Source: Clostridia bacterium (GTDB lineage Bacteria > Bacillota > DTU025). Taken from it: a stretch of 32,000 bases of DNA. Made by a program: the position numbers and the translations under genes. Where the stretch lies: the NCBI GenBank assembly GCA_034926675.1, contig JAYFQW010000081.1, forward strand, positions 1 to 32,000, in the 5' to 3' direction. The notes beneath the pieces were generated by a model. That model saw only the letters and a list, made by a program, of their open reading frames with translations, was not told the DNA's origin and made no database searches. Below, one piece after another: positions 24,233-32,000 of the stretch (position 1 is its first letter; each line of letters opens with the position of its first letter).

Positions 24233-25555
24233 GTGCCCGGTATGGCGCTGATACTGGTTCTGGCTGTCACTGGCGGAGTCATCGCGTACGCTGGAGACCG
24301 TATTGGAATGAAGGTTGGGCGCAAGAGGCTCTCGATCTTCGGGCTCAGGCCTAAGTACACCTCCATTATAGTCGCAGTGATCACTGGTGTGGTCATTACA
24401 GCATGCACGCTGTTCGTACTCACTCTCGCATCTGAGAATGTCCGCACTGCTCTTTTCCGGATCAAGGAGATTCAGGACGCTCTCTCCACTGCCCATTCAG
24501 ATCTGGAGACGAAGCGTGCTGAGGCCGACGCCCTCTCAACCAGAGTCAAGGAGATTGCCGATGAGTACAACAACCTAGAGAGCCAGTTCGACGTGGTCAA
24601 CTCGGAGCTTTCCGAAGCGGTTGCAGAGAAGGCGAAGGCGCGTAAGGAACTCTCAGGAGTACAGGCGAAACTCACGGAATCTGAAGGCCGACTCGAAGAT
24701 GTGAAAGCCAGATTCGCACAGGCATCGGCTGGCCTCGGCAAGGCGAACGCCGATCTTCGCCAGGCTCGAGGGGATGTCGCTGGGCTTGAGGCAGAGAAAT
24801 CCGACCTGGAGCGAGATGTGGCGGCGCTATCCTCGGAGCAGGCGCGCCTGCAGGCAGAGGTCAGTGATCTCGACATGAATGTCCGCGCTCTCATCGAGCT
24901 TAATGCCAGGCTCCTCGAAACCAAGGAGACAGCGCTCATGGGACAGGTCATTTTCCGCGCCGATCAGGTGATTCTCGGAGCGACGATTGACTGCTCGCAG
25001 CGTCGCGACGCCATTGAGAACCAGTTCAACGGGTTCCTGCTGAAGGTGAACGAGATCGCAGTGAGGCGAGGCGCTAGTAGCGATGACCCGGGTGGGGATC
25101 CATTCGTGCTTAAGTTTGACGAGGCAAATGTGGTTGCCGCCCTCCAGAAGATTGCGCAATCCGATTCCAAAGTGATTCTCCGGGCAATGTCCCCCGTGAA
25201 CTCATGGTACGAAGCGCCGTTGCTTGTGTCCCTGCATGTGCTTCCCGATGCCAAGATCTACTCCGCTGAGGAGGTGATCGCATCGAAGATTATCGACGGG
25301 TCTATCGGGTCGAGCCGAATACAAGAGGACATGCTCGAGTTGGTGCAGGCTGTGAACAGTGCGTGCATAGCAGAGGGAATGGCAAGTGACGAGGAAGGCA
25401 AGATCGGTACGGTGATCACGATTTCGGAGTTCACATCGGCCATCATGAACATGGTCCAGCGTAACTCCAAGCAATTGGTGGAGGCCGTTGCAGTGCGCGA
25501 TATCTGGCGCAGCCAGATGTCGCCATCGATCAAGCTCGTCGTCAAGCCCATGTGA
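24233..25555 (+). CDS. DUF3084-like membrane protein: two N-terminal TM helices, ~150-aa coiled coil, C-terminal globular domain
   Basis: GTG 24233 follows GGGAGGG and lies 28 nt after the lptB stop. N-terminus LILVLAVTGGVIAYAGDRIGMKVGRKRLSIFGLRPKYTSIIVAVITGVVITA matches my recollection of the DUF3084 signature (GD.lG.kvGKkRlslfgLRPr.Ta). Heptad-rich region: HSDLETKRAEADALSTRVKEIADEYNNLESQFDVVNSELSEAVAEKAKARKELSGVQAKLTESEGRLEDVKARF...LERDVAALSSEQARLQAEVSDLD. Confidence 0.7.
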   Translation: MPGMALILVLAVTGGVIAYAGDRIGMKVGRKRLSIFGLRPKYTSIIVAVITGVVITACTLFVLTLASENVRTALFRIKEIQDALSTAHSDLETKRAEADALSTRVKEIADEYNNLESQFDVVNSELSEAVAEKAKARKELSGVQAKLTESEGRLEDVKARFAQASAGLGKANADLRQARGDVAGLEAEKSDLERDVAALSSEQARLQAEVSDLDMNVRALIELNARLLETKETALMGQVIFRADQVILGATIDCSQRRDAIENQFNGFLLKVNEIAVRRGASSDDPGGDPFVLKFDEANVVAALQKIAQSDSKVILRAMSPVNSWYEAPLLVSLHVLPDAKIYSAEEVIASKIIDGSIGSSRIQEDMLELVQAVNSACIAEGMASDEEGKIGTVITISEFTSAIMNMVQRNSKQLVEAVAVRDIWRSQMSPSIKLVVKPM

Positions 25556-25857
25556 GCAATTGCGCCTCTAGCTTGGCCTGGTGAGGGCAAAAAACTCGCT
25601 CCCGGTGAAGGAGTTGAGTGCTGCCTTGGAGAATATCTGATAAGGATATGCTGTATCGACATTACCTGCGTTTCCGTGGTTTTCCGATTGAAGCTGGCTG
25701 AAAGGGGGCTCCCGAAACCAGTCGTCGCCAGCTGGACCTGTACGCAACGAGCCTCGCGCCGATCAACGTGCAAGCCTGAGGAAACATGACCACTCGGGCC
25801 AGCGCCAGATGGGGGCAGGCGTCTAGCGTTTACTATCACTAAGGGGGGAATCGCTTG

Positions 25858-28800
25858 ATGAAGAAGTTCCTAGCTGTCCTCCTCACGACCGTCCTGGTAG
25901 TCGCCTTGGCGGTGCCTGCGTTCGCAGGTCCCTACAAGGATTTGGCGGACAACCACTGGGCGGCTGACGCGGTGAGGATGCTTACTGCCCTCGGGGTGAT
26001 CACCGGCTACCCTGACGGGACCTTCAAGGGCACTCAGAGCGCTAACAGGTATGAGGTCGCCGCTATGGTGGCCCGGGCGCTCGAGTACCTCGACAAGGAC
26101 ATCGCCGCAAGAATGACCGAGCTTGAGGCGAGGCTCAGGAAAGACGCTCCAGCTGGATCCGGCCCCGTGGCGGTCGTGACTATCCCAACGAATCCGGAGA
26201 AGCAGGTGGTGCTGCAGCCATCGTCTCAGCCGGACTCCACGATTCTCGAGACTATTATCGCGGAGAAGATCGCTGGTATGACCGATGCGCAGTGGGCGGA
26301 GTTCGACAGCAGGTTGTCTGCGCTATACGCGCGGGTGAACGATCTGTCGGACGACAATCTAGCAGCCCATGCGGCGGTTCGCGCCGACATCGACTCGATC
26401 AAGGCAGCTCTGGCGATGCGCCAGGCTGATGGGACGATACCTGGGATCGAGGTCCACACTGTGTCAGTTTCCGATCCTGAGGTGAAAGCCGCTATTGAGC
26501 AGACTGCGGGTCAGCTCGGGGGAAGAATCGCTGTCCTAGAGGCGCAGATGCCCGGCATCTCCAAAGCCATGAACGACGCTGCCGCGAAGACCAGCACAGG
26601 CTGGGAAGATGCGGTCAAGAGGCTTGAGGAGAGAGTCGCCGCACTTGAGGCCCTCAATATGGATCCCAAGGCGTACGATGCCGCTATCAGCAAGGCCGCA
26701 GCCGAGGAAGTCGCCAAGGCCGTGGCCGAGGATAAGGCAGTTGTGGCGGCCCTTTCGGCTAACCTCGATAAGCTTGGCAAGGAGCACATTGCTGATCTTG
26801 CCGCTCGAGAGAAGGCCGTGGAGGACCTGCTCGCGGTACATACCCTCGCAGAGGAGCGCGCGCGCATAGACGCCCTGGCTGCTCTCAGCGCTGAGAATGA
26901 GACTGCCCTCGCTGAGCAGCAGGCTGCTATCACGATGACCTTCTATGATGCTCTCGCTGCTGAGCGAGACGAGCGCGAGAAGGCCATGGAGAAACTCCAG
27001 TCCGCGCAGGCAGGGAAACTGACTGCGGAGATTGACGGTCTCGCTAAGTCGTTCAGAGGTTCTCTCGATGTTGAGAAGAGCGAAAGGGACAAGGCCGTAG
27101 CTGAGCTGGCGGCCAAGTTCGAGCTTCAGCTGGCGGAGAGAACCAAGGCGACCCTCAGCGAGGTCTACGCGAGGCTCGCTGAACTCGCTCAGATGTGCGA
27201 CAAGTTCGACGCAGCCAAGGCCGACCAGGATGCGGCCATCGCAGAACTGGCCTCGAACGTGGAGATTGCCCTGTCTCAGCAGAATGCTGAGCTTGCGGTG
27301 ACGTTCTACGATGCGCTTGACGCGGCGAAGGAAGAGAACGCCGCAGCCCTTGCCAAACTCTCCGAAGAGCAAGACTTGGCCCTATCGGAGCAGAATGCGT
27401 CACTTATGGTGGCATTCTACGATGCGCTCTACGCTGAGAAGGATGAGCGGGAAAAGGCCATTGAGAGGCTGACTTCCGATTTCGACCTTGCTCTATCGGA
27501 GCAGAATGCGTCACTGATGCTGGCGTTCTACGATGCTCTCTACGCCGAGAAGGATGAGCGGGAAAAGGCCATTGAGAGGCTGACTTCCGATTTCGACCTT
27601 GCTCTCGGTGAGCAGAACGCGTATCTCATGTGCGAACTGTACGATGGCATCTGGGCTGCGAAGGAAGAGGTATACGCATCCATCGACAAGCTAGATGCGA
27701 AGATCCTCGGAGTCATGGCCGCTATCGATGCTCTGAAGAGTGAGTTCGGCCGTGAACTCGCTGCCCTCGGGGTCCGGGTGACCGCACTCGAGGATCAGCT
27801 TGCCGGGGCCAAGACCGAGATCGCGGTGCTTAGCGCGGCAGTTTCGGAGAACGAGAAGGCCATCGAAGAGGTCCGCGGGCAGGCGGCTGCGATAGACACC
27901 CGCCTCGTTGCGGAGGAACAGGCCTCAATCGGCATGAAGGCCGACATCGAGACCCTCAAGGCTCTCGCGGCACAGAATGCCAAGGACATTGCCGACATGT
28001 ACTACAAGGTCGAGTCCACGGTGTCAGCCATCGAAGCGAAAGACGCTGAGCAGGACGTGGAGATTGGCAAGCTCAAGCAGAAGGACCTTTCGCTAGACAC
28101 CCAGATAGCTAACATATGGACGGATCTGAATCGGGTGCGCTTCACTGGCGCCGATGAGGTGAAATTCCTCGACATCGACCTGAAGGGCGCGCCTGGCGCT
28201 GTGTTCTACAAGGATCCGTACGCTCCGTCGGCCGATCCGAACAAGCAGTATCAGCCCACATCGAAGCTTCAAAACGAGCTGAAGCTGGCGCTCAATATCA
28301 AGCCTGAGAAGGGCGTAGATGTGTCGGTTGGCATTACCGCTGTGACCGACGTATTCGGCGCTGCTCATCAGACGGTTGGGCTCTTCAATGGCGACCTGGA
28401 TCTCGCCATCACGACTCCGTCCTCGAAGACGAAGATCGTTGCGGGCGAGCTCGCGAGGCCAGCCAATTATACCAAGTATCAGATCGGAGCTGTCAAGTTC
28501 GCTGATGCCAAGATTGAGGGCATCGGAGCGAACACCACGCTCGGCGGCTTGAATGCCACTGCGACCATAGCGAAGATCGCCGATCCTGACCTGGCGGTCG
28601 GCGGCTATCAGCACCTGATGGGCGCTAGCGCGAGCTACCAGGCCACCGACATGCTGAAACTTGGTGCAAGGTGGTTCCGTATTGTTGACGACCCGCTGTC
28701 GGGCGACACGACACTCGATAAGCTGGAGGATGTGTACGGAGGAGACTTCACGCTGAGGCTTGGCGATGCATGGACTGCCGGCGGAGAGCTGTCTGTCTGG

Positions 28801-29757
28801 GCAAACAAGACCATGGCGACGCCGGCTGCCGCGTACAAACTGCAGACAGACGCCAAGTTCGGAATCCTGGCGATCAATGGCTCTGTTGAGCAGGTTGCTG
28901 CGGGATATGCTCCGAAGTACATGGAGACCGCTGATGATGAGGATGCAGACTACGTGAAGGCAGACACAAGTGTGGCGAGGCTCTCAGTCACCACCGACCC
29001 GATCAAGGGGGTCATCCTTTCGGCCGGCGCGGTCAAAGAGGGAGATGAGGGATACATCGCTGCGGATAAGACCACGTTGACTGCAGACGCCAAGTACGGG
29101 CTTAGGCTAGCTATCGCCGATGTCACTCTGAAGGGCGGAGTGAAGCAGGTGAACGTTGTGAAGCCGACGCCTGTCTCTATGGGTACAACCACCAGCCTGG
29201 GCTTCGATGCCACGATCAAACCAGCCAACTTCGGGTTCACATGGGAACACGATGTTGAGGCAAACGACAACGCCTACGTTGCATACGCCAACGCAGAGGT
29301 TCCAGTTGGCGGCGATGCGCTGGTCCTGAAGGGCTCATGGGAACAGGGATTCGGCTACAAGGACTACTACAAGTACAACGCTGGAGCCGACATGAAACTT
29401 GCTCTTGTGAAGGACGTTGCGACCTTCGGCGCAGGCGCCTCATACGGAAGAACCTATGGAACATCCGATGATGACAAGAACTACTCCAGAATGCAGGTTG
29501 GCGCCAATCTCGATTGGAAGCTAGCCAGTTCGACTACTCTGACTGGAAAGGCGTCGTACGAGTCTCGTGCCTACGACAACGGCGTGAAACCCTCAGGCGA
29601 CTACTTCCAGTACGGACTCGCTCTTGCTCAATCGCTCTACAAGTCCACAACCCTGAGCATCAAGTACGATGTCAAGGACGTCTACTATGTGCCAGCGACA
29701 GGGTATCGGGACTACGGCGCGAGGATAGTCGACCTGTCCTTGAAGACTGCATTCTAA
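25858..29757 (+). CDS. SLH-domain / long coiled-coil / C-terminal beta-barrel outer-membrane protein (OmpM/SlpA-like OM-peptidoglycan tether and porin)
   Basis: ATG 25858 follows AAGGGGGG. Signal peptide: MKKFLAVLLTTVLVVALAVPAFA|G. SLH domain: YKDLADNHWAADAVRMLTALGVITGYPDGTFKGTQSANRYEVAAMVARAL. About 650 aa are A/E/K/L-rich helical sequence with 37-aa repeats. From ~aa 760 there are alternating beta-strand patterns (VRFTGADEVKFLDIDL...), ending with a beta-signal (IVDLSLKTAF). Confidence 0.85.
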   Translation: MKKFLAVLLTTVLVVALAVPAFAGPYKDLADNHWAADAVRMLTALGVITGYPDGTFKGTQSANRYEVAAMVARALEYLDKDIAARMTELEARLRKDAPAGSGPVAVVTIPTNPEKQVVLQPSSQPDSTILETIIAEKIAGMTDAQWAEFDSRLSALYARVNDLSDDNLAAHAAVRADIDSIKAALAMRQADGTIPGIEVHTVSVSDPEVKAAIEQTAGQLGGRIAVLEAQMPGISKAMNDAAAKTSTGWEDAVKRLEERVAALEALNMDPKAYDAAISKAAAEEVAKAVAEDKAVVAALSANLDKLGKEHIADLAAREKAVEDLLAVHTLAEERARIDALAALSAENETALAEQQAAITMTFYDALAAERDEREKAMEKLQSAQAGKLTAEIDGLAKSFRGSLDVEKSERDKAVAELAAKFELQLAERTKATLSEVYARLAELAQMCDKFDAAKADQDAAIAELASNVEIALSQQNAELAVTFYDALDAAKEENAAALAKLSEEQDLALSEQNASLMVAFYDALYAEKDEREKAIERLTSDFDLALSEQNASLMLAFYDALYAEKDEREKAIERLTSDFDLALGEQNAYLMCELYDGIWAAKEEVYASIDKLDAKILGVMAAIDALKSEFGRELAALGVRVTALEDQLAGAKTEIAVLSAAVSENEKAIEEVRGQAAAIDTRLVAEEQASIGMKADIETLKALAAQNAKDIADMYYKVESTVSAIEAKDAEQDVEIGKLKQKDLSLDTQIANIWTDLNRVRFTGADEVKFLDIDLKGAPGAVFYKDPYAPSADPNKQYQPTSKLQNELKLALNIKPEKGVDVSVGITAVTDVFGAAHQTVGLFNGDLDLAITTPSSKTKIVAGELARPANYTKYQIGAVKFADAKIEGIGANTTLGGLNATATIAKIADPDLAVGGYQHLMGASASYQATDMLKLGARWFRIVDDPLSGDTTLDKLEDVYGGDFTLRLGDAWTAGGELSVWANKTMATPAAAYKLQTDAKFGILAINGSVEQVAAGYAPKYMETADDEDADYVKADTSVARLSVTTDPIKGVILSAGAVKEGDEGYIAADKTTLTADAKYGLRLAIADVTLKGGVKQVNVVKPTPVSMGTTTSLGFDATIKPANFGFTWEHDVEANDNAYVAYANAEVPVGGDALVLKGSWEQGFGYKDYYKYNAGADMKLALVKDVATFGAGASYGRTYGTSDDDKNYSRMQVGANLDWKLASSTTLTGKASYESRAYDNGVKPSGDYFQYGLALAQSLYKSTTLSIKYDVKDVYYVPATGYRDYGARIVDLSLKTAF
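27268..27711 (+). repeat. Four tandem 111-nt (37-codon) in-frame repeats inside the SLH protein coiled coil; the middle two are nearly identical
   Basis: Units start at 27268, 27379, 27490 and 27601. Units 2 and 3 (ALSEQNASLM[V/L]AFYDALYAEKDEREKAIERLTSDFDL) differ at about 6 of 111 nt by eye, and their last ~55 nt are identical. The flanking units are diverged (ALSQQNAELAVTFYDALDAAKEENAAALAKLSEEQDL; ALGEQNAYLMCELYDGIWAAKEEVYASIDKLDAKIL). A more distant copy lies near 26900 (ALAEQQAAITMTFYDALAAERDEREKAMEKL). Confidence 0.9.
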
Positions 29758-29773
29758 GGGGATAGCGGAGCAG

Positions 29774-29801
29774 CCCCGGGGAAGGCATGCCTTCCCCGGG
29801 G
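29774..29801 (+). terminator. Rho-independent terminator after the SLH gene
   Basis: Perfect 28-nt palindrome CCCCGGGGAAGGCA/TGCCTTCCCCGGGG, 17 nt after the stop codon, followed by CATTTCGTT. Confidence 0.75.
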
Positions 29802-29854
29802 CATTTCGTTATGGTGGAGGAGACTGTGGAAGTGGGATTCTGGGGGTGGCGCGA

Positions 29855-30256
29855 ATGGATGAAGGGCTGGTTGTGGCAGTGGACCCCGGAAGGGAAAAGG
29901 CGGGAATAGCGGTGTGCTCCCGGGAGCGCGGAACCATTGCCAAGTGCGTGGTTCCGGCTGCTGATTGTGTCAGCCGAGTCTATCAACTCGCAGTGGAGCA
30001 CGGTGCACGGGTAGTAGTGGTTGGCGACAGAACCGGCTCAACCCTCATGGTCGAGGCCCTTTCTGATCGGCGGGATCTGGTTGTTGCGGTTGTAGATGAG
30101 CACCGGTCATCCATGGAAGCACGCGAACGCTATCTGCGAGACCATCCAGGACGTGGGCTGGCAAGGCTCCTGCCGAACGGGCTCAGGACCCCTTCCGAGC
30201 CATACGATGACTACGTGGCCGAGATCCTTGCTGCCAGATACTTCGAGCAAGTGTAG
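29855..30256 (+). CDS. ruvX: RuvX/YqgF-family RNase H-fold nuclease (putative pre-16S rRNA nuclease / Holliday-junction-resolvase-like)
   Basis: GLVVAVDPGREKAGIAV matches the YqgF N-terminal LLAFDFGTKSIGVAV. ARVVVVGDRTG matches IIVGLPLNMDG. DEHRSSMEARERYL...YDDYVAEILAARYFEQV matches the E. coli end DERLSTVEARSGLF...VDSASAVIILESYFEQ. Confidence 0.75.
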   Translation: MDEGLVVAVDPGREKAGIAVCSRERGTIAKCVVPAADCVSRVYQLAVEHGARVVVVGDRTGSTLMVEALSDRRDLVVAVVDEHRSSMEARERYLRDHPGRGLARLLPNGLRTPSEPYDDYVAEILAARYFEQV

Positions 30257-30329
30257 TCGGGAAGGAATCGGGCCTGCGGCGAAGAATATATACTGGACGA
30301 ATGCGTGCACGAATGGAGGTGGAAGGCGC

Positions 30330-31847
30330 ATGCGCAGCCAGTTTGCTGCCTGGACCAGTAGAATCTCGGTGATCCTGGCAGCTGCTGTCATTGTTGTCTC
30401 TCTCTCCGTCTGCATTCAGGCGTCGTCCCCTCTGGTATTGCCCGGCGACTGGCGGTACCGCGCCATCGCTGAACTCGCTGCGGGTGGTCTAGTTGATCCA
30501 GAAGACGCGGTCGTGTACGCCAGCAGTACGCCTATTCCCGTCGACAGACTGGCGACCAGCGTTCATAGGCTGGCCCAGAGGCTTCAAGCGCAGGTCAGGA
30601 ACGCTAACGCGATCTCAGACGGGGCCAGAGCAGGGGAATCCCAGCCGTTGCTTCTGTACGGAGTCGAACAGATGGGGGTGGCCGCTTCTTCAAGCTCCAC
30701 TTGGGCTGAGCCTGTTCTCACTGGGCGTCAAGCCAACCTCATCTCCGATCTGATGTGGGAATTCGGCCTCTCGTCGGAGGGGCGAGTTGGTAGGATACTC
30801 GGCCTTTCCGACCTTTTCCTGACGGAGGAAGTTGGGCTCATTCTCAATCCTCTGCAGGCTTTCGCGCATGGCCAGTCCGGTGTTCAGCCTTTGGCGCTTC
30901 GCGGCGACTCCATTGCCGAGCACCGGCAGGCCTTCGCGGGCCCAACTCAGGCAGCAGAGTTTGCCGACCTGGAGGCCCTTCTTCGAAAGACCATCGATAG
31001 CGGTGACGACAAGCCTGGAAAGCAGGTTCAAATAGGAGTGCCGAGCCCAATAGGCACGCTGTCGGTTGAGCTGTCGAGCCAGGCTGCGAGCCGTCCTCAG
31101 CAGCCCCAATCTCAGCAACCCAAGGCTGAGGAGCCTCCGCCGGCAACAGGATTCGATCTGTCAACGAGTGTGCAGCTGTCCGATGTGCTGAATGTCAGTG
31201 CGCAGTTCTTTGCTGACGACAAGTCCCGCGAGAAGGCCACATCCACATCGGTTGGGGTATCCATAGGCGAGAAGGACGGTGCAGGGCTGACGGTTGGGCA
31301 CCGTGTCACTGATGTCGGAACGCCGGCCGACCTCGCAGGCAGGCGCGAGACGTACACATCGGTGGATGTGAAGTACTCGCTGCCCGATGTGGCCAGTGCC
31401 GTCGGTGTTCCTGCGGCCTCTGATTCACTGACAGTTCGGGCAGGCTATGAGCTGTATGGGCGGGAGCCCCACTTGATTGGGGCGGAGCAGAACAGCTTTC
31501 AGGCGACCATGTCGCTGGGCATCGATTACAAGCTCCTCCTTGGCGACTCTGCCTTTCTGCAGGCAGGATACAGGTATGAGAGGGTTCGCGATCTGATTTC
31601 GTCGGGCGCTGTATGGACCAAGTCCGGCCTGTATGACGAAGGAGGCTTCTCCAGCTGGCTTGGGCAGGAGTCACTGAAGCTTCAAGGGTCCAACGCGACC
31701 AGGACCATCGCCTCCATCGACTTCGGGTACAGGCTCATGGAGAACTCATCGGTCAACGTGGGCTACAAGCTCATCGACTTTGCAGACCTGGGCGTGCTCG
31801 AGCTAAATAAGAACCTGGCGACCGCCGGAGTCAGCATCAAATTCTAG
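30330..31847 (+). CDS. Secreted protein with a degenerate SLH-like N-terminal motif, helical middle, P/Q-rich linker and small C-terminal beta-barrel (putative outer-membrane protein)
   Basis: ATG 30330 follows GGAGGTGG. Signal/anchor: ISVILAAAVIVVSLSVCIQA. PGDWRYRAIAELAAGGLV resembles the SLH core (HWAxxAVxxLAxxGI). Linker: SRPQQPQSQQPKAEEPPPA. C-terminal amphipathic strands: TYTSVDVKYSL, LTVRAGYELYG, FQATMSLGIDYKLLL, AFLQAGYRYERV, TIASIDFGYRL, VNVGYKLIDF. It ends in Phe (AGVSIKF). The track ORF start 30096 overlaps ruvX and is rejected. Confidence 0.5.
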   Translation: MRSQFAAWTSRISVILAAAVIVVSLSVCIQASSPLVLPGDWRYRAIAELAAGGLVDPEDAVVYASSTPIPVDRLATSVHRLAQRLQAQVRNANAISDGARAGESQPLLLYGVEQMGVAASSSSTWAEPVLTGRQANLISDLMWEFGLSSEGRVGRILGLSDLFLTEEVGLILNPLQAFAHGQSGVQPLALRGDSIAEHRQAFAGPTQAAEFADLEALLRKTIDSGDDKPGKQVQIGVPSPIGTLSVELSSQAASRPQQPQSQQPKAEEPPPATGFDLSTSVQLSDVLNVSAQFFADDKSREKATSTSVGVSIGEKDGAGLTVGHRVTDVGTPADLAGRRETYTSVDVKYSLPDVASAVGVPAASDSLTVRAGYELYGREPHLIGAEQNSFQATMSLGIDYKLLLGDSAFLQAGYRYERVRDLISSGAVWTKSGLYDEGGFSSWLGQESLKLQGSNATRTIASIDFGYRLMENSSVNVGYKLIDFADLGVLELNKNLATAGVSIKF

Positions 31848-31888
31848 GGGGGTGGCCCCCTGGCGTAGTAGAACAGGGAGGTAGCCTG

Positions 31889-32000
31889 ATGAGAGTTTCG
31901 AGAGTGGGATTCGCAGTACTCGTTTGCGCAATCGCAGTATTGATCGCGGCTGGCCCAGGCCGGTGCGCCGAGGTCGTCGTTAGCCCTGTTGAACGACTGA
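31889..32000 (+). CDS. 5' end of a secreted protein of unknown function (partial, runs off the right edge)
   Basis: ATG 31889 follows GGGAGG. It encodes MRVSRVGFAVLVCAIAVLIAAGPGRCAEVVVSPVERL, a typical signal peptide. Only 37 codons are visible. Confidence 0.4.
   Translation, partial: MRVSRVGFAVLVCAIAVLIAAGPGRCAEVVVSPVERL

Noticed and set aside
25556-25857. 300-nt leader upstream of the SLH gene examined for sigma-A promoter boxes, a riboswitch-like structure (AGCTGGC...GCCAGCT stem around 25702-25750) and small ORFs.
   Set aside because: I found no convincing -35/-10 pair with proper spacing, and I cannot assign a known RNA family by eye. It is probably promoter plus 5' UTR but is not callable.
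27268-27711. Regularly spaced near-identical repeats considered as a CRISPR array or intergenic repeat family.
   Set aside because: The units are contiguous (no spacers), have a period of 111 nt, are in frame, and encode a coiled-coil segment of a long ORF with continuous protein-level sense.
31847-31862. GGGGG-TGG-CCCCC hairpin just after the barrel gene stop as a terminator.
   Set aside because: It has only a 5-bp stem with a 3-nt loop and no U-tract, and the next gene starts ~30 nt later. The support is insufficient.

Overview
GC-rich (about 60% by eye, not computed) bacterial chromosomal segment. I saw no rRNA, tRNA, CRISPR array, transposase or integrase. The gene content points to an endospore-forming diderm Firmicute. 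The high GC suggests a Limnochordia-like lineage rather than Negativicutes or Halanaerobiales, but that is inference only. Left to right: (1) A decayed edge at 1-1903, minus strand: a 5'-truncated RHS/YD-repeat ORF directly abuts a PilQ/GspD-type secretin gene that is broken by frame changes and lacks its C-terminal secretin domain. (2) A sporulation/morphogenesis block at 2436-7491: spoIID, a SpoIIQ-like degenerate LytM protein, spoIIID, mreB/mbl, and an S55 (SpoIVB-family) peptidase. A convergent SDR epimerase follows. (3) A large outer-membrane/LPS biogenesis cluster at 8798-31847: tamB-bamA (ATGA overlap), skp, a small FadL/PorV-like barrel, one ORF encoding LptF/G permease plus LptD, lptC, lptA, an unusual coiled-coil membrane protein with a HisP/GlnQ-like ABC ATPase, lpxB, lptB, a DUF3084-like coiled-coil membrane protein, a 1299-aa SLH/coiled-coil/beta-barrel protein (OmpM/SlpA-like), ruvX, a second barrel protein with a degenerate SLH motif, and the start of another secreted protein. 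The most interesting candidates are the LptF/G-LptD single ORF, the uncharacterised ABC pair inserted inside the lpt operon, the lptB-coupled DUF3084-like protein, and the giant SLH protein with near-identical 111-nt repeats. Caveat: at three places (secretin, tamB start, lptG/lptD junction) a single-nucleotide indel would restore a conventional gene structure. Assembly error must therefore be excluded before the fusion is believed.
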